Shown: positions 39,851 to 50,565, numbered from the stretch's first letter. The stretch is 64,000 bases of DNA from Candidatus Babeliales bacterium (GCA_963743635.1 CAVUQO010000002.1:128001-192000), one strand, 5' to 3'. A program made the numbers and translations. The notes: generated from the sequence alone by a model not told the origin.

Positions 39851-40516
39851 CTAAATTCTCTCAACATAAGCATCATATAAATCCGATGGCACATGGAAGA
39901 AATAGGGATCTCCAATGAGATATTCAGCACGCTCTCCGTACCAATCACGCAATTCCTTATCTGTTGCGTTAAAAGCCATCTCATCGTATTCGACGTATTT
40001 TCTTCTAAGTTTTTGAAATGTAGAGTTTTTCATCCATGGTGGTTTTTGCTTAAGAGAGCCACCTCGATTTTTCAGAAAATTCTCAATGTCATAGCTTGCG
40101 TTTTTACAACGCTCTGAAGGACGAAGCCTTTGTGAGTAATAGCCCAGATTGGCGCACTTTCGACATAAATACATGCCTTTAACACAATAGAGTTTTCGCA
40201 TCCGCTTATCGCATTTCGGACAATGAAAGAAGCGATAAAATCCGCCATAGTTGCACGATTTCTTCTCAACGGGTATTGCGTATGAGCCGCCGCTATATTG
40301 AACTAGAAGGCTATCATCATCTTGCAGAAAAGCCTTCAACGAATAGCGTGGAATCGAAAGGGATAATTTATCTGCGCTTTCTTTAACAAGCTGCACTGCT
40401 TCTGGGTGCTTAAACATATCAAATGAATCGATCTCGCTGAGCCAGAATGCTGAGCAGAGTGATTTCGGTATATGTTGCTTCTTAATCCTCCAATACCAAT
40501 ACCAATTCATATGCAC
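39851..40516 (-). CDS. Cys-rich hypothetical protein of a type common in mobile elements
   Basis: YGG.R.FF.CPKC.KR.RKLY...CRKC..LGY.SQ zinc-ribbon pattern. Confidence 0.7.
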   Translation of the reverse strand: MHMNWYWYWRIKKQHIPKSLCSAFWLSEIDSFDMFKHPEAVQLVKESADKLSLSIPRYSLKAFLQDDDSLLVQYSGGSYAIPVEKKSCNYGGFYRFFHCPKCDKRMRKLYCVKGMYLCRKCANLGYYSQRLRPSERCKNASYDIENFLKNRGGSLKQKPPWMKNSTFQKLRRKYVEYDEMAFNATDKELRDWYGERAEYLIGDPYFFHVPSDLYDAYVERI

Positions 40517-40660
40517 TCTTTTCTATTTATCGAAATGTCCAGGTTAAATGACCTAATGGCTTCAACATTTTACTCATAAACTGATATACTATTTTCACAA
40601 TTATACCATATCAATGCTTAGACAAAACATAAAATATCACCCTAACGGAGGCCCGCCCTT

Positions 40661-41227
40661 ATGACCATACATAATTATATCTTTCGTATTATGCTAATCA
40701 GTAATCTTGTTATCTTTTCATGTTATGCAGCTCAAGAATTAAAGGTACTAAAGGGGAGTGATCTTATGAATGATCCTCAGGTAGAATTGAATTTAAAGGC
40801 GGTTTACTTTAAATCTTTTAACGAAGTGTATCGCAATCATTGGTCGATGGAATTCGAAGAAGAAGTTCTTGAAGGTTTTAATACGTACATTGAACGATTT
40901 AAACAATCAAATGATATGGTGCTCGTGGTGGCGACTATGGATGATGCGCTCGCAGGGTGGATACTATTTCAAAAGGAACAACAAAGAGCAATTGTGGAAA
41001 TTATATGCATCAGCCCAGAATATCAGCGAAAAGGTCTTGGTAAAAAACTTATTTTTTCCTTCCGAGAATGTTGGTCTGACCTTACCAACCTTGCAGTCCT
41101 AACACGTAAGATTAATGCTTTTTCGCCCTTATTTTACGAATCACTCGGATTTAGAAAAACTAATTTTATGCTGCCAGAATATAACCCGTCTGATGTACAA
41201 GGCTATGAATTAGATCTCTCTGTTTAA
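40661..41227 (+). CDS. GNAT acetyltransferase with N-terminal signal-like segment
   Basis: ISPEYQRKGLGKKL acetyl-CoA motif, FYESLGF. Confidence 0.85.
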   Translation: MTIHNYIFRIMLISNLVIFSCYAAQELKVLKGSDLMNDPQVELNLKAVYFKSFNEVYRNHWSMEFEEEVLEGFNTYIERFKQSNDMVLVVATMDDALAGWILFQKEQQRAIVEIICISPEYQRKGLGKKLIFSFRECWSDLTNLAVLTRKINAFSPLFYESLGFRKTNFMLPEYNPSDVQGYELDLSV

Positions 41228-41258
41228 ACGCCCCTACAATTATCACACAAGGATTAAC

Positions 41259-42134
41259 ATGGAAGTAATTATCGATACATCCCTAGTAAAGCGCTTGATT
41301 GCCACTCAATTCCCTCAATGGGCAGACGTACCTATCAAACCAGTCGAAAAACAAGGGTGGGATAATAGAACGTTCCGTTTAGGAAATAACATGCTCATTC
41401 GTCTGCCAAGTGCGCAAAGGTACGCTTTGAAAGTAGAAATAGAACAGCAATGGTTACCCAAACTTGCCCCACATCTCCCTCTTGAAATTCCGGTGCCGCT
41501 CGCAATGGGAAACCCTTCTCATGAATATCCTTGGCATTGGTCTATTTATAAATGGATTGATGGGGAAGCAGCTTCGCTTGATCGCATATCCGATTTAAAT
41601 CAATGTGCTCAATCATTAGCAGAATTTTTAAGGGTACTGGAATCTATTGATGCAACGGGTGGACCTTCTACTGGACCACACAATTTTTATCGAGGCGGTC
41701 CACTGAAAACATACGATGATCAAACCAAGCAAGCTATAGATATTCTTAAGGATAAAATTGATGGCCAAACGATAACTAATATTTGGGATACTGCTCTGAG
41801 TTCTCAATGGCAAAAAAAACCAGTTTGGGTTCACGGGGATATTGAAGCAGATAATTTACTCGTCAAGGATGGCAATCTTAATGCGGTTATTGATTTTGGC
41901 GGCTTAGGAGTAGGTGATCCGGCATGTGATTTAGCAATTGCATGGACCTTCTTTAAGGATGAAAGCCGCGCTATATTTCGCAATTCACTATCATTAGATG
42001 ATGACACGTGGGCACGTGGACGCGGCTGGGCATTATGGAAAGCCCTGATAGTATGCGCCGAACTTACAGGAACCGATAATAAAAAAATCGAAAAATATAA
42101 AAGAGTTTTAGGCGAAGTAATAAAAGGAAAGTGA
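41259..42134 (+). CDS. Aminoglycoside phosphotransferase (APH) family protein
   Basis: GWDNRTFRLG, WVHGD...NLLV, VIDFG..GVGDPACDL, TWARGRGWAL. Confidence 0.9.
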   Translation: MEVIIDTSLVKRLIATQFPQWADVPIKPVEKQGWDNRTFRLGNNMLIRLPSAQRYALKVEIEQQWLPKLAPHLPLEIPVPLAMGNPSHEYPWHWSIYKWIDGEAASLDRISDLNQCAQSLAEFLRVLESIDATGGPSTGPHNFYRGGPLKTYDDQTKQAIDILKDKIDGQTITNIWDTALSSQWQKKPVWVHGDIEADNLLVKDGNLNAVIDFGGLGVGDPACDLAIAWTFFKDESRAIFRNSLSLDDDTWARGRGWALWKALIVCAELTGTDNKKIEKYKRVLGEVIKGK

Positions 42135-42143
42135 AATCGATTT

Positions 42144-43151
42144 ATGACGTTTAAAAAATACACATTGTTGATGTTAGGTTTTATCCTGCTTTTAACTTCT
42201 GTGGCTTTGTTCTACATACAAAATAACAAAAATAAACTGGAAAGCGCATTTAAACAAATGTTATTTGATATACAACAAAACTCGATCAAAAATTTTGAAT
42301 GGCAAGAACGAGACTGGCAAAATTACCATAATAACCAAATAAAAAGACTGCCTATATTTACCAAAAAATATTTTTATGACTGCATTGAGGACGCATTAAA
42401 AGACTTGCAGGACAATCATAGTCTCCTCATAAGGAGGCATAATGGTTCAACCGATACATCAAACGAACCTGTAGAAAAGTTTTCCATTAAAGTTGAAGGA
42501 GGAATAGGCATTATTAATTTCCCAACTTTGGTAACAGAAGTTAATCAGCTGGATGCAATATTGCATGAAGATTGGGTAGTTGAAGCTAATAAAAAATTGA
42601 AGAGATGGCGCCAAAAGTTACTGATGGTTGGATAATTGATCTCACTCAAAATGCTGGCGGCAATATGTTTCCGATGCTTGCGGCATTGAGCTATTTTTAT
42701 AATGAACCTAATATTGGCGGTTTCTATTCTGTTATAAAAAACAAAACAGAAAAAACGCTACTTATCGTTTGATGGCAAATCATTTAAATTTGATGCCCAA
42801 GATTTTTTTACCTATAAAACAACATTTAAAACGAACCAAAACAAGTTGCCGGTGGTAGTTTTAATAGGCAAAAATACCGCAAGTTCAGGAGAGTTCTTAG
42901 CGTTAGCATTAAAAAGACAAAAGCATGTAATTATTGCCGGACAAGAATCTTATGGTATGGCAACTGCAAATGAAGTTATGCAATTACCTCACGATTTGGG
43001 AAATTATATGCTCACTGTCGCTTATTATTTAGATACCAATAACGAACCATTATTAGAGAAAAAAGTTAGTCCATCATTTACATTAAAAGATAATGAAAAT
43101 ATAAGAAGTCAGGCAAAACAACTTATAGAAAATAAGCTTGAACAAATTTAA
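42144..43151 (+). pseudogene. S41 family peptidase with N-terminal TM, 2 frameshifts
   Basis: LQDNHS; IIDLTQNAGGN in another frame near 42,630; VLIGKNTASSGE catalytic Ser motif. Confidence 0.75.
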
Positions 43152-43223
43152 GGGGCGACGCTGCAACCGGTTCTTACTTATGAAAAAATTTTTAATCACC
43201 TACTCCAATGCAAGGAAAAAATA

Positions 43224-44489
43224 ATGATAAGTAAAAACGTCTTGTTACCTTTAAGTTTTATAGTAGTGCTGATAGTAGGGTTATGTGCCTATAAGCATTG
43301 TTTTTCTCATAAACTCAACCTTGAAACAACGAATCCAGCTCTTTTGCAAGAAATAACCGATAAACTTTGCACAATTTTTGGTTCAGATACCCACATGCAA
43401 TCAGTAGCGCAACTCAGTGAGCCTGAACGCAATTGGGTGCTACGCATTACGCTTCAAAGTCCCGTAAACACAGTTCCCAAGAGCGTAATTTTCAAACAAT
43501 TCGTTAAAGAAAAGTCTGTGCAAGACGACAAACAAGCCTTCGCTCGTTTCGCAAGAGATTGGGCCGGGCTTGAATTTTTAAGCAGTATAAAAACAGAACA
43601 ACCTTTAGCGCCTCGCTTTTATGGAGGTAATACGCAGTATCGTTTTATATTGTTTGAAGATTTGGGAGAGAATGTTAGCTTAATGAGCTCGTTAAGAAGG
43701 GGAGATGCGCAAGCAGCAACGTTAGCGTTAGAGCGATTTGTGAAAACCTTTGGCCAAATGCATGCAAATACTTATGGAAAATCAGATGAATATCTTGCAA
43801 TTTTGCATGCGATAAATCCGGCTGCAATCCCATGGCAGGATGAGTTAAAAACCATTGTTAATAAAACTAATTCTAACCTTGCATTAACGTTAAAGGCAAT
43901 AGGGATACCTTATACCCCAGATATAGAAAGCGAGATAAGCACGATTATAAAAACGGCTCTTGAGCCTGGCCCTTTTACAACATTTGTTCATGGTGACATG
44001 TGTCCGGGTAACACTTTTGATTATCCAGCAAAAAATGAATTACTGCTTATAGATTTTGAATGGGGATTCATGCGCAATGCGCTATTGGATGGTACCTATC
44101 TTCGGATGAGTATGCCAAATTGTTGGATTGAGGAAAATGCAGGAACTATCCCGGAAGATTCAATAGAATCACTTGAAAAACTTTACCGACAAGAACTCAT
44201 GAAAAAAATTCCGGCCGCTCAGAATGATGAAATGTTCAACTGTGCGTATGTACATGCTTGCGCATATTGGATGCTGAAATCTGCATTAATAGTGCACCAT
44301 ATTTTAAATCAAGATAAGGAAATATTGGCAAGAGCTCGTGTTTTATCTGATTTGCAAACGTTTGTTGCGGTTTCAAAAAAATATGAACATTTGCCGCATC
44401 TCAGAACAATGGTAGAGCAAATTTTAAAAGAATTAAGTATTCGCTGGCCCAAAGATAAACCGTTAGATATGTTCCCCGCTTTTCAATAA
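43224..44489 (+). CDS. APH/choline-kinase-like phosphotransferase with N-terminal TM
   Basis: VIFK, LFEDLG, FVHGDMCPGN, LIDFEWG. Confidence 0.8.
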   Translation: MISKNVLLPLSFIVVLIVGLCAYKHCFSHKLNLETTNPALLQEITDKLCTIFGSDTHMQSVAQLSEPERNWVLRITLQSPVNTVPKSVIFKQFVKEKSVQDDKQAFARFARDWAGLEFLSSIKTEQPLAPRFYGGNTQYRFILFEDLGENVSLMSSLRRGDAQAATLALERFVKTFGQMHANTYGKSDEYLAILHAINPAAIPWQDELKTIVNKTNSNLALTLKAIGIPYTPDIESEISTIIKTALEPGPFTTFVHGDMCPGNTFDYPAKNELLLIDFEWGFMRNALLDGTYLRMSMPNCWIEENAGTIPEDSIESLEKLYRQELMKKIPAAQNDEMFNCAYVHACAYWMLKSALIVHHILNQDKEILARARVLSDLQTFVAVSKKYEHLPHLRTMVEQILKELSIRWPKDKPLDMFPAFQ

Positions 44490-44510
44490 GATATTCATTA
44501 GAGAGGAAAA

Positions 44511-45908
44511 TTATTTTGCTTGCTTTGGATATGCCTTAGTACTTACGTTTCCGGGTTGAACCAAATCTACTTCAGCAACGTTTCCCGTCGCATCGAGGGT
44601 AAAATTCATCATATAATCGTCAGGTAGACCGTGTAGCTTGAAACTGTTTTCTTTAAAGGGGACTAATCGCAAATTGCCTTCCTTTTTAAAGAGAGCAAAT
44701 AATAAGCCCTTGATCAAGATGACTTCAAAAGTTGAGGTTGGATGATTTGGTGGTGTGTATTCAAAGTTACCCACAAATTTTTGCAGATACTCATCGCGCA
44801 TCAATGCAGCATCGGGAGCAGTAGGAAGTTTGTAGGTCTCGGGATCAAGAATATGTAATCCAAGAGGATCTACACTATTATGAGCATTGCTTAGTATTAC
44901 GACGCCACGCTTGGTCTGCATATTAAAGCCAAGAAAACTGGTATATCCACCAGTGGCTCCATTGTGCCATATAATCTGATCATTGTTTTGTTTTGTGATG
45001 TGCCAACCAAGTCCTACCGTATTGTGTGTATCAGCAAATTGTTCTTGATGAGATGTTGTCATCGCCGGATACAATGGAGTAGTAACAAGACCCATATTTG
45101 CGGCGAGAAATTGCGTCATATCCTTGATGGTAGAGCGTAGGGCGCCTGCGCCGGATAAAGCTGACAGATCCCAATTTTCTACTACTTTGAACATGGCATG
45201 CCCTGATGCTAATTGCGTTTGCAACTCAGGAGAAAGGGTTATTGCGGTATGATTCATGCCAAGCTTAGTTAAGATGCGATCTTGAATGACTTGTTCGTAC
45301 GGTTTATGCTCAATTAATTCTAAAATATGCCCCAAAATCCCCATTCCTAGATTGGAATATTCGCAAATTTCTCCCGGTTTTTTACTCAAATCAGTTGAAC
45401 TGAGACATGTGTATAATTGCTCAGTGGTGTAATCGGCATATGGATTAGCGGGATTTTTCATCTGCATATTGCTCGGCAAGCGAGGTAAGCCGGATGTATG
45501 CGTCGCTAAATGGCGCAGCGTAATTTTTGCTTCATCTTTTTGCGGTATTGTAAGTTGGGGTAAATATTTTTCAATCGGATCATCGAGGGACACCAAACCT
45601 TCACTAACCATGTCCACGAGTGCAATAGTGGTAAACACTTTGGTAATAGACCCGATATCGAATACCGTATCTTGCGTTATTGGACTAGCGTTATCGATAG
45701 TTTTCGTGCCGTAGGTGTAATAGGATATGTGACCATTATCAATGAAACCAATGGCAGCACCGCTTCCCTCACTTTCTTTAACATAGTTTTGAAGTAGTTG
45801 TTGAATATCTAAATTCACGTAATTTCCTTTATTATGGTGCATAGTTTTCACTATAACCGTTGCTGCTATTAAGCCTATGATGATACTAATGATCCATACT
45901 TTTTGCAT
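44511..45908 (-). CDS. Serine hydrolase, class C beta-lactamase/PBP-like family
   Basis: SITK (SxxK), YSN, HNG motifs; LATHTSGLP; signal anchor. Confidence 0.9.
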   Translation of the reverse strand: MQKVWIISIIIGLIAATVIVKTMHHNKGNYVNLDIQQLLQNYVKESEGSGAAIGFIDNGHISYYTYGTKTIDNASPITQDTVFDIGSITKVFTTIALVDMVSEGLVSLDDPIEKYLPQLTIPQKDEAKITLRHLATHTSGLPRLPSNMQMKNPANPYADYTTEQLYTCLSSTDLSKKPGEICEYSNLGMGILGHILELIEHKPYEQVIQDRILTKLGMNHTAITLSPELQTQLASGHAMFKVVENWDLSALSGAGALRSTIKDMTQFLAANMGLVTTPLYPAMTTSHQEQFADTHNTVGLGWHITKQNNDQIIWHNGATGGYTSFLGFNMQTKRGVVILSNAHNSVDPLGLHILDPETYKLPTAPDAALMRDEYLQKFVGNFEYTPPNHPTSTFEVILIKGLLFALFKKEGNLRLVPFKENSFKLHGLPDDYMMNFTLDATGNVAEVDLVQPGNVSTKAYPKQAK

Positions 45909-45949
45909 GTAAAGTTTCCTTGATTTAAGTGATTAGTTCAAAATTTGCC

Positions 45950-47170
45950 CTAAAGATTTTGCTCAAAAAACGCTACTATTGCTTTATTGATTAATGCAAT
46001 GGTGGCAAAGCCGTCTGCGCTACCGATTGTTGTATCCATATTAAAAATATGCGTATTGTTTTTAAAGAGTGGCATTTCCTTTGTAATCATTAAGTCAGAA
46101 AAGCCAATATGTGTGATGCCTGGTATCATTAATGATTGTATTGATGCTGATGTAATCATTGTATTGTAATTTTTTTTCGTGTTCGCAAGCATTTGTTCAT
46201 TGCTCACTCTCCCTGCAGTAATTTGCTCGATAGGAACACCCAATTTTTTTGCCAATGCCTCATCCGAAGTATATAAGTTATCCATATAGCCATGTGCATA
46301 AATAAACAAAAATGGTTTTTTAAGGGTAGTAATGTCTTTTTCCGGAATAAAATCAAGAGCTATTCCTGCCTTAAAACGTGCATCATACAGACATGCATTA
46401 AATGCTGCATCTCCGCCCATTGAATGGCCCATTACACCAAGGCGATGCGTATCAATAAGTTGGTATAAGATGCTCTTTTCGTCATTGTTTATTTGGATCA
46501 TGTGATCCAGAGCAGATTGTACATCGTGTAACCATAGTTGTTGTTCTTGTTTGGTTGGCATGAATAATTGCGGATTGAGTTTCTCTGGGTTGCACGTCAC
46601 GCTACGGTTATCAGGAAATATAACTATATTGGCATAATGTGTATGGGCTATCGATCCCACTATATAACCATGGCTTGCAAGTTCTTCACAAAATACTGTA
46701 TACATGTCTGCTTGGCATCCGAGATAGCCATGAGAAAAAAGAATGAGTGGAAAAGGTTGTTCTGTGCGCAAGGGTGAAGCGTTTGTTATTGCATGTGTAT
46801 AAACGTGATCTACTGACATGATATCTTGCTCTGGGAATCCTTGTTGTTTCAACATTTGCTTTATTTCGGGAATGCCATGTTCATTATAGACTTCAAGCTT
46901 TTTAGAGGTGTTTTTTGTAGCCGGATACCACACTTTGACCATCAATTCTCTTGGTGCATTAAGATCGTAGATATCTTTTCTTTTTTGGTCTATTACGTGA
47001 ACATCAATGGTTCCGACATCATAAGGTCCAGTCAATGCTGGAAATTCAAAAATCGCTTCGGTTTCTTTTTCCATATGAATACCCATTCCCTTATTGTGGT
47101 GCATCGTTTGCACTATAACGGTGGCCGCTACTACGCCTATGATAATACTGAAAATCCATATTTTATTCAT
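45950..47170 (-). CDS. Alpha/beta hydrolase, PAF-acetylhydrolase-like
   Basis: TGPYDVG, RELMVKVWYPA, FSHG, EELASHGY, GHSMGG nucleophile, HIGFSD. Confidence 0.87.
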   Translation of the reverse strand: MNKIWIFSIIIGVVAATVIVQTMHHNKGMGIHMEKETEAIFEFPALTGPYDVGTIDVHVIDQKRKDIYDLNAPRELMVKVWYPATKNTSKKLEVYNEHGIPEIKQMLKQQGFPEQDIMSVDHVYTHAITNASPLRTEQPFPLILFSHGYLGCQADMYTVFCEELASHGYIVGSIAHTHYANIVIFPDNRSVTCNPEKLNPQLFMPTKQEQQLWLHDVQSALDHMIQINNDEKSILYQLIDTHRLGVMGHSMGGDAAFNACLYDARFKAGIALDFIPEKDITTLKKPFLFIYAHGYMDNLYTSDEALAKKLGVPIEQITAGRVSNEQMLANTKKNYNTMITSASIQSLMIPGITHIGFSDLMITKEMPLFKNNTHIFNMDTTIGSADGFATIALINKAIVAFFEQNL

Positions 47171-47297
47171 GTAAAGTTTCCTTGATTTAAGTGATTAGTT
47201 CAAAATTTGCATTAAAGATTGCGCTGGAAAAACGCTACCATTGTTTTATTAATTAATGCAATTGTTTGATAGGGATTCACATTTCCTACATCTGCTA

Positions 47298-48146
47298 TCA
47301 GATTCCATGGCCATCGCCAATCCAGCGATGTTCCCTAATCAAATATTCAAATTGTTTCAATGCATCCCAAATATTCCACGCCTTAGGCAATGTTTCTGTG
47401 TGGCGATAATGCATTAAGGTACAAGGAATTGAAGCTGAATCGCAGGTCTTACCAATCGATTGCAGTGCAGTAAGAGAATCATCAAAGGCAATAATATGCG
47501 AAGGTTTAAGCGTTGCGTAGGTTAGAAATGCCTGTAAGACTTCTCCCTTATTTTGTTGATTAGCGCACAAAATGCCTTTGTATAGCACGGGATAATTGGA
47601 TCTGTATAGGGGGAAATTGTTAAAAACATGATCTGCATAGTGTGGACTGAATTCAATCCCCATACTTTCCAACATAGTGTAGCGCCAAGCTGGCATGCTT
47701 TCGATAACACCATAGGAACCAGATTCCATACTGGTTAAGGCCAAAACAGTAGCATGTTTTTCTTGAAAGTTTTTAATAACATCTACGACTGACGGTTCAG
47801 TGAGCATAAATGGAACGGTTGCCCACAGTAGACTATAGGCATTTTCCCAATTGGTGAATATGTATGTTGGATATCTGAGTATGAACAATAGTTTAAACCA
47901 CCAGGTAAAATAATTGGGATGAAGAGCTGGCGATGTTATCAAGGTGTCATCAACATCAAATAATACCAATGTATCTTCATTTACCTCTGGAAGTGGATCT
48001 TGATATGAGGTAATAGTACGCACTGGATAATCATAATGCGGCTCTTGGTTCTGATCCTTTTTATAGAAGAAAGCGAGCACTATAGCAATAACCGCTATGA
48101 CTGCAATAAGGAGCAATGTTTTTAAAATCGTTTTTTTGATACTCAT
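47298..48146 (-). CDS. HAD-superfamily (DUF2608-like) protein with N-terminal TM
   Basis: LVLFDVDDTL, LALTS, NKGEVL, IIAFDD. Confidence 0.75.
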   Translation of the reverse strand: MSIKKTILKTLLLIAVIAVIAIVLAFFYKKDQNQEPHYDYPVRTITSYQDPLPEVNEDTLVLFDVDDTLITSPALHPNYFTWWFKLLFILRYPTYIFTNWENAYSLLWATVPFMLTEPSVVDVIKNFQEKHATVLALTSMESGSYGVIESMPAWRYTMLESMGIEFSPHYADHVFNNFPLYRSNYPVLYKGILCANQQNKGEVLQAFLTYATLKPSHIIAFDDSLTALQSIGKTCDSASIPCTLMHYRHTETLPKAWNIWDALKQFEYLIREHRWIGDGHGI

Positions 48147-49942
48147 AGTGGATATTCTCTAACACAACTACGCGATTGTTGGTCGAAGATTGCTACCTTT
48201 TCAAATAATATAGACGCATTTGTAGTATTCAATAATGCGCGAGAAACACGCTTAGATTCGGCAAGAATGCGCTCTCTGATGCGATCAAAAATGCTTTTAG
48301 TTTGTGATGCATCTTTGATGCGGTCCGTTATGGATGCAGTTCTAATTCGGCCAAGGCCTATGTGTGGATGATATGGAAATCGTTCGCTTTGCGCCTCATT
48401 GTATAATGCTCCACCATGAGATGCATTACATTGGTGCATGCTACCTTTTATCGCACTATTTAAACGCGATAATTCGCCGGCAGGATCATTAACCATAATC
48501 ACCAACTCATCATTGTTATTGCCAAAGAAGGCTACCTCTGGCGCGATATGCGCTTGATTCAATGCAAATTCATTTCTTTTATTTTCGACTATGTTTTTCA
48601 CGGCATCCGCAACAATATCTATTCCTGCATCCACCGAGACTTCATCGACGTAATACAAGGTCAATCGTTGCCAATCTTTAGGCAGAAAAAATTTAAAATC
48701 ATCATCAATGCTTAATCCAAGTTCTTCTTTAATAATCGTATTGATGGCGGGATTCAGCGTATTTTTTATTGAGGTCAACACAGGATTATCAAAAGATCCC
48801 TGAATGAATAAGGAATGCTTTTCTGCGGTTTGTGTTTTTTGAGAAGTTTCTCCCTGTTGCGCCTTCAGGTAGGTATCAAAAAAATTAACCAATAACGTTC
48901 GTGTGATTTGAATGCCTTCCAATGGATCAAGTTGTGACGGTTCTTCCCATTTGGCGATCACATAGAAATCGGTAAATGAGCCATGATCTGCCTTGGGTAT
49001 TTCATTATATTTGGTTGGTGCGGTGGCATTTTTGATGAGATCTTTGATTGGTTGGAGTGTTTTATCAGAATGAGGTGCAACGATGAACATGAATGGTGTT
49101 CTTAATGGTTGCTCCTGATTTAAGTCATACAGTTTCCCATCGATATCAGCACCCGCTTTAAAGCGTGTATCTATCTGACATGCTCCTACTGACGCACTGC
49201 CACCAAATGAATGCCCAAACACACCGAGATGCGCAAGATCGAGCTTGTTATGCAACATACTTTTTTCATCCGCATTCATCTTGAGCAGTTGATCGACCAC
49301 AAACTGAATGTCTTGAACCCATACGCGACATTCAGTTTCTCTATTTTTACGCCGTTGATCTTGATCAACTATTTTCTTCTCAGTGATGATTCTGCCATCA
49401 GGAAAAATAACCTTATCAGTCACATATGGATGATTGAGACCGACCACGATATACCCGTGACTCGCAAGTTCTTCTAATAATGAGGTATACATATTTAACG
49501 GCGCACCGCCTCCAGGAGAGAAGATAATAACGGGATAATGACCTGCAAGGATTGGTGCATTTTTAACTGAATGCGTTCGGAGCGTGTAGAGATAATCGAG
49601 TTTGTCGGCAGGAATATGTGCAGGCGGTTCTTGTAATTGTTTGATCACCGATTCGACGATGACAGGATGCGCATATAATGCTTTTTCTTCGTTGCCCGTA
49701 ATGCGCCCAGGATACCAGATTTGCAGCATCAACTCGCGATGGTCGTTGGGATTGTTGGAGTGACGCTCATGGCGATGCGTATCAATCAGATGATAATCTG
49801 TAGTACCAATGCCTAAAGCTCCCGTTGGCTTTGGCAATTGCATGGATTCAGTGGCATGGGTATGAGAATATGCTTCGTACATACCATATCCAACTGCGAA
49901 GGTGAGGATACAAGAAAGCGCATAGGCTATACTTTTTTTCAT
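48143..49942 (-). CDS. PAF-AH-like hydrolase fused to a 2H-phosphoesterase-like C-terminal domain
   Basis: RELMLQIWYP, EELASHGY, GHSFGG, HGSFTD; C-terminal RLTL...YHPHIGLGR. Confidence 0.75.
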   Translation of the reverse strand: MKKSIAYALSCILTFAVGYGMYEAYSHTHATESMQLPKPTGALGIGTTDYHLIDTHRHERHSNNPNDHRELMLQIWYPGRITGNEEKALYAHPVIVESVIKQLQEPPAHIPADKLDYLYTLRTHSVKNAPILAGHYPVIIFSPGGGAPLNMYTSLLEELASHGYIVVGLNHPYVTDKVIFPDGRIITEKKIVDQDQRRKNRETECRVWVQDIQFVVDQLLKMNADEKSMLHNKLDLAHLGVFGHSFGGSASVGACQIDTRFKAGADIDGKLYDLNQEQPLRTPFMFIVAPHSDKTLQPIKDLIKNATAPTKYNEIPKADHGSFTDFYVIAKWEEPSQLDPLEGIQITRTLLVNFFDTYLKAQQGETSQKTQTAEKHSLFIQGSFDNPVLTSIKNTLNPAINTIIKEELGLSIDDDFKFFLPKDWQRLTLYYVDEVSVDAGIDIVADAVKNIVENKRNEFALNQAHIAPEVAFFGNNNDELVIMVNDPAGELSRLNSAIKGSMHQCNASHGGALYNEAQSERFPYHPHIGLGRIRTASITDRIKDASQTKSIFDRIRERILAESKRVSRALLNTTNASILFEKVAIFDQQSRSCVREYPL

Positions 49943-50388
49943 AGATTTTCATCCTTTTCTTCTTTGTGGATACTCGCCTAGCGATTGTTGATCAAAGATC
50001 GCTATCTTTATTTCTTTTCAATCAACATCTTAAATTGATCATAATTGAACATTACCTGATCATTTGAGCTATCCAATATTTTATAATATTTGTACCATGA
50101 AGCTTTCAAGTAAAAAATGATATTTTTTAAGAATATAGGATAGGCAAATGCTTTTTAAGCATGATAGAAATGGACAAAAAAGTCCATCAAACCTCAATAC
50201 ACTGAAAAAAGAATATGCACTATACCTGCATTTCCCCCCATAAAACTGATCCTTTGATCGTCCAGAAGAATCGAAGAACATGTAGCATCAAGATGATGTA
50301 ACGCTATAGCCATAAGGCTCTTTGACTTCATTTTGAAAAAAGGGATAATAGTATCTATACAAAAAATTCAATATTCAGAAGGTAAGTC

Positions 50389-50565
50389 ATGGAAGAATCA
50401 GCTACATCAAAAAAGACCAAAACCACCCTTTATATGTCCCAGGAAGATGAACAACTTCTCGATGAGGTCTTCATTAAACGCCTCAGGGACCGTAATAAGA
50501 CAGATAGATCTAGCCTCATCTGCGAGGCTATTCGCCTGCTTTATGAAAAAGAACTAGGCAAATAA
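50389..50565 (+). CDS. Small ribbon-helix-helix (CopG-like) DNA-binding protein, not in the ORF track
   Basis: 58 aa MEESATSKKTKTTLYMSQEDEQLLDEV...DRSSLICEAIRLL; beta-strand KTTLY + two helices; AAGGT RBS. Confidence 0.7.
   Translation: MEESATSKKTKTTLYMSQEDEQLLDEVFIKRLRDRNKTDRSSLICEAIRLLYEKELGK

Noticed and set aside
41259..45908. Calling the APH and beta-lactamase-like genes proven antibiotic-resistance genes
   Set aside because: Family motifs only; these superfamilies contain many non-resistance enzymes.
40661..49942. Integron cassette array
   Set aside because: No tyrosine integron integrase and no attC-like palindromes seen between genes; two opposing orientations.
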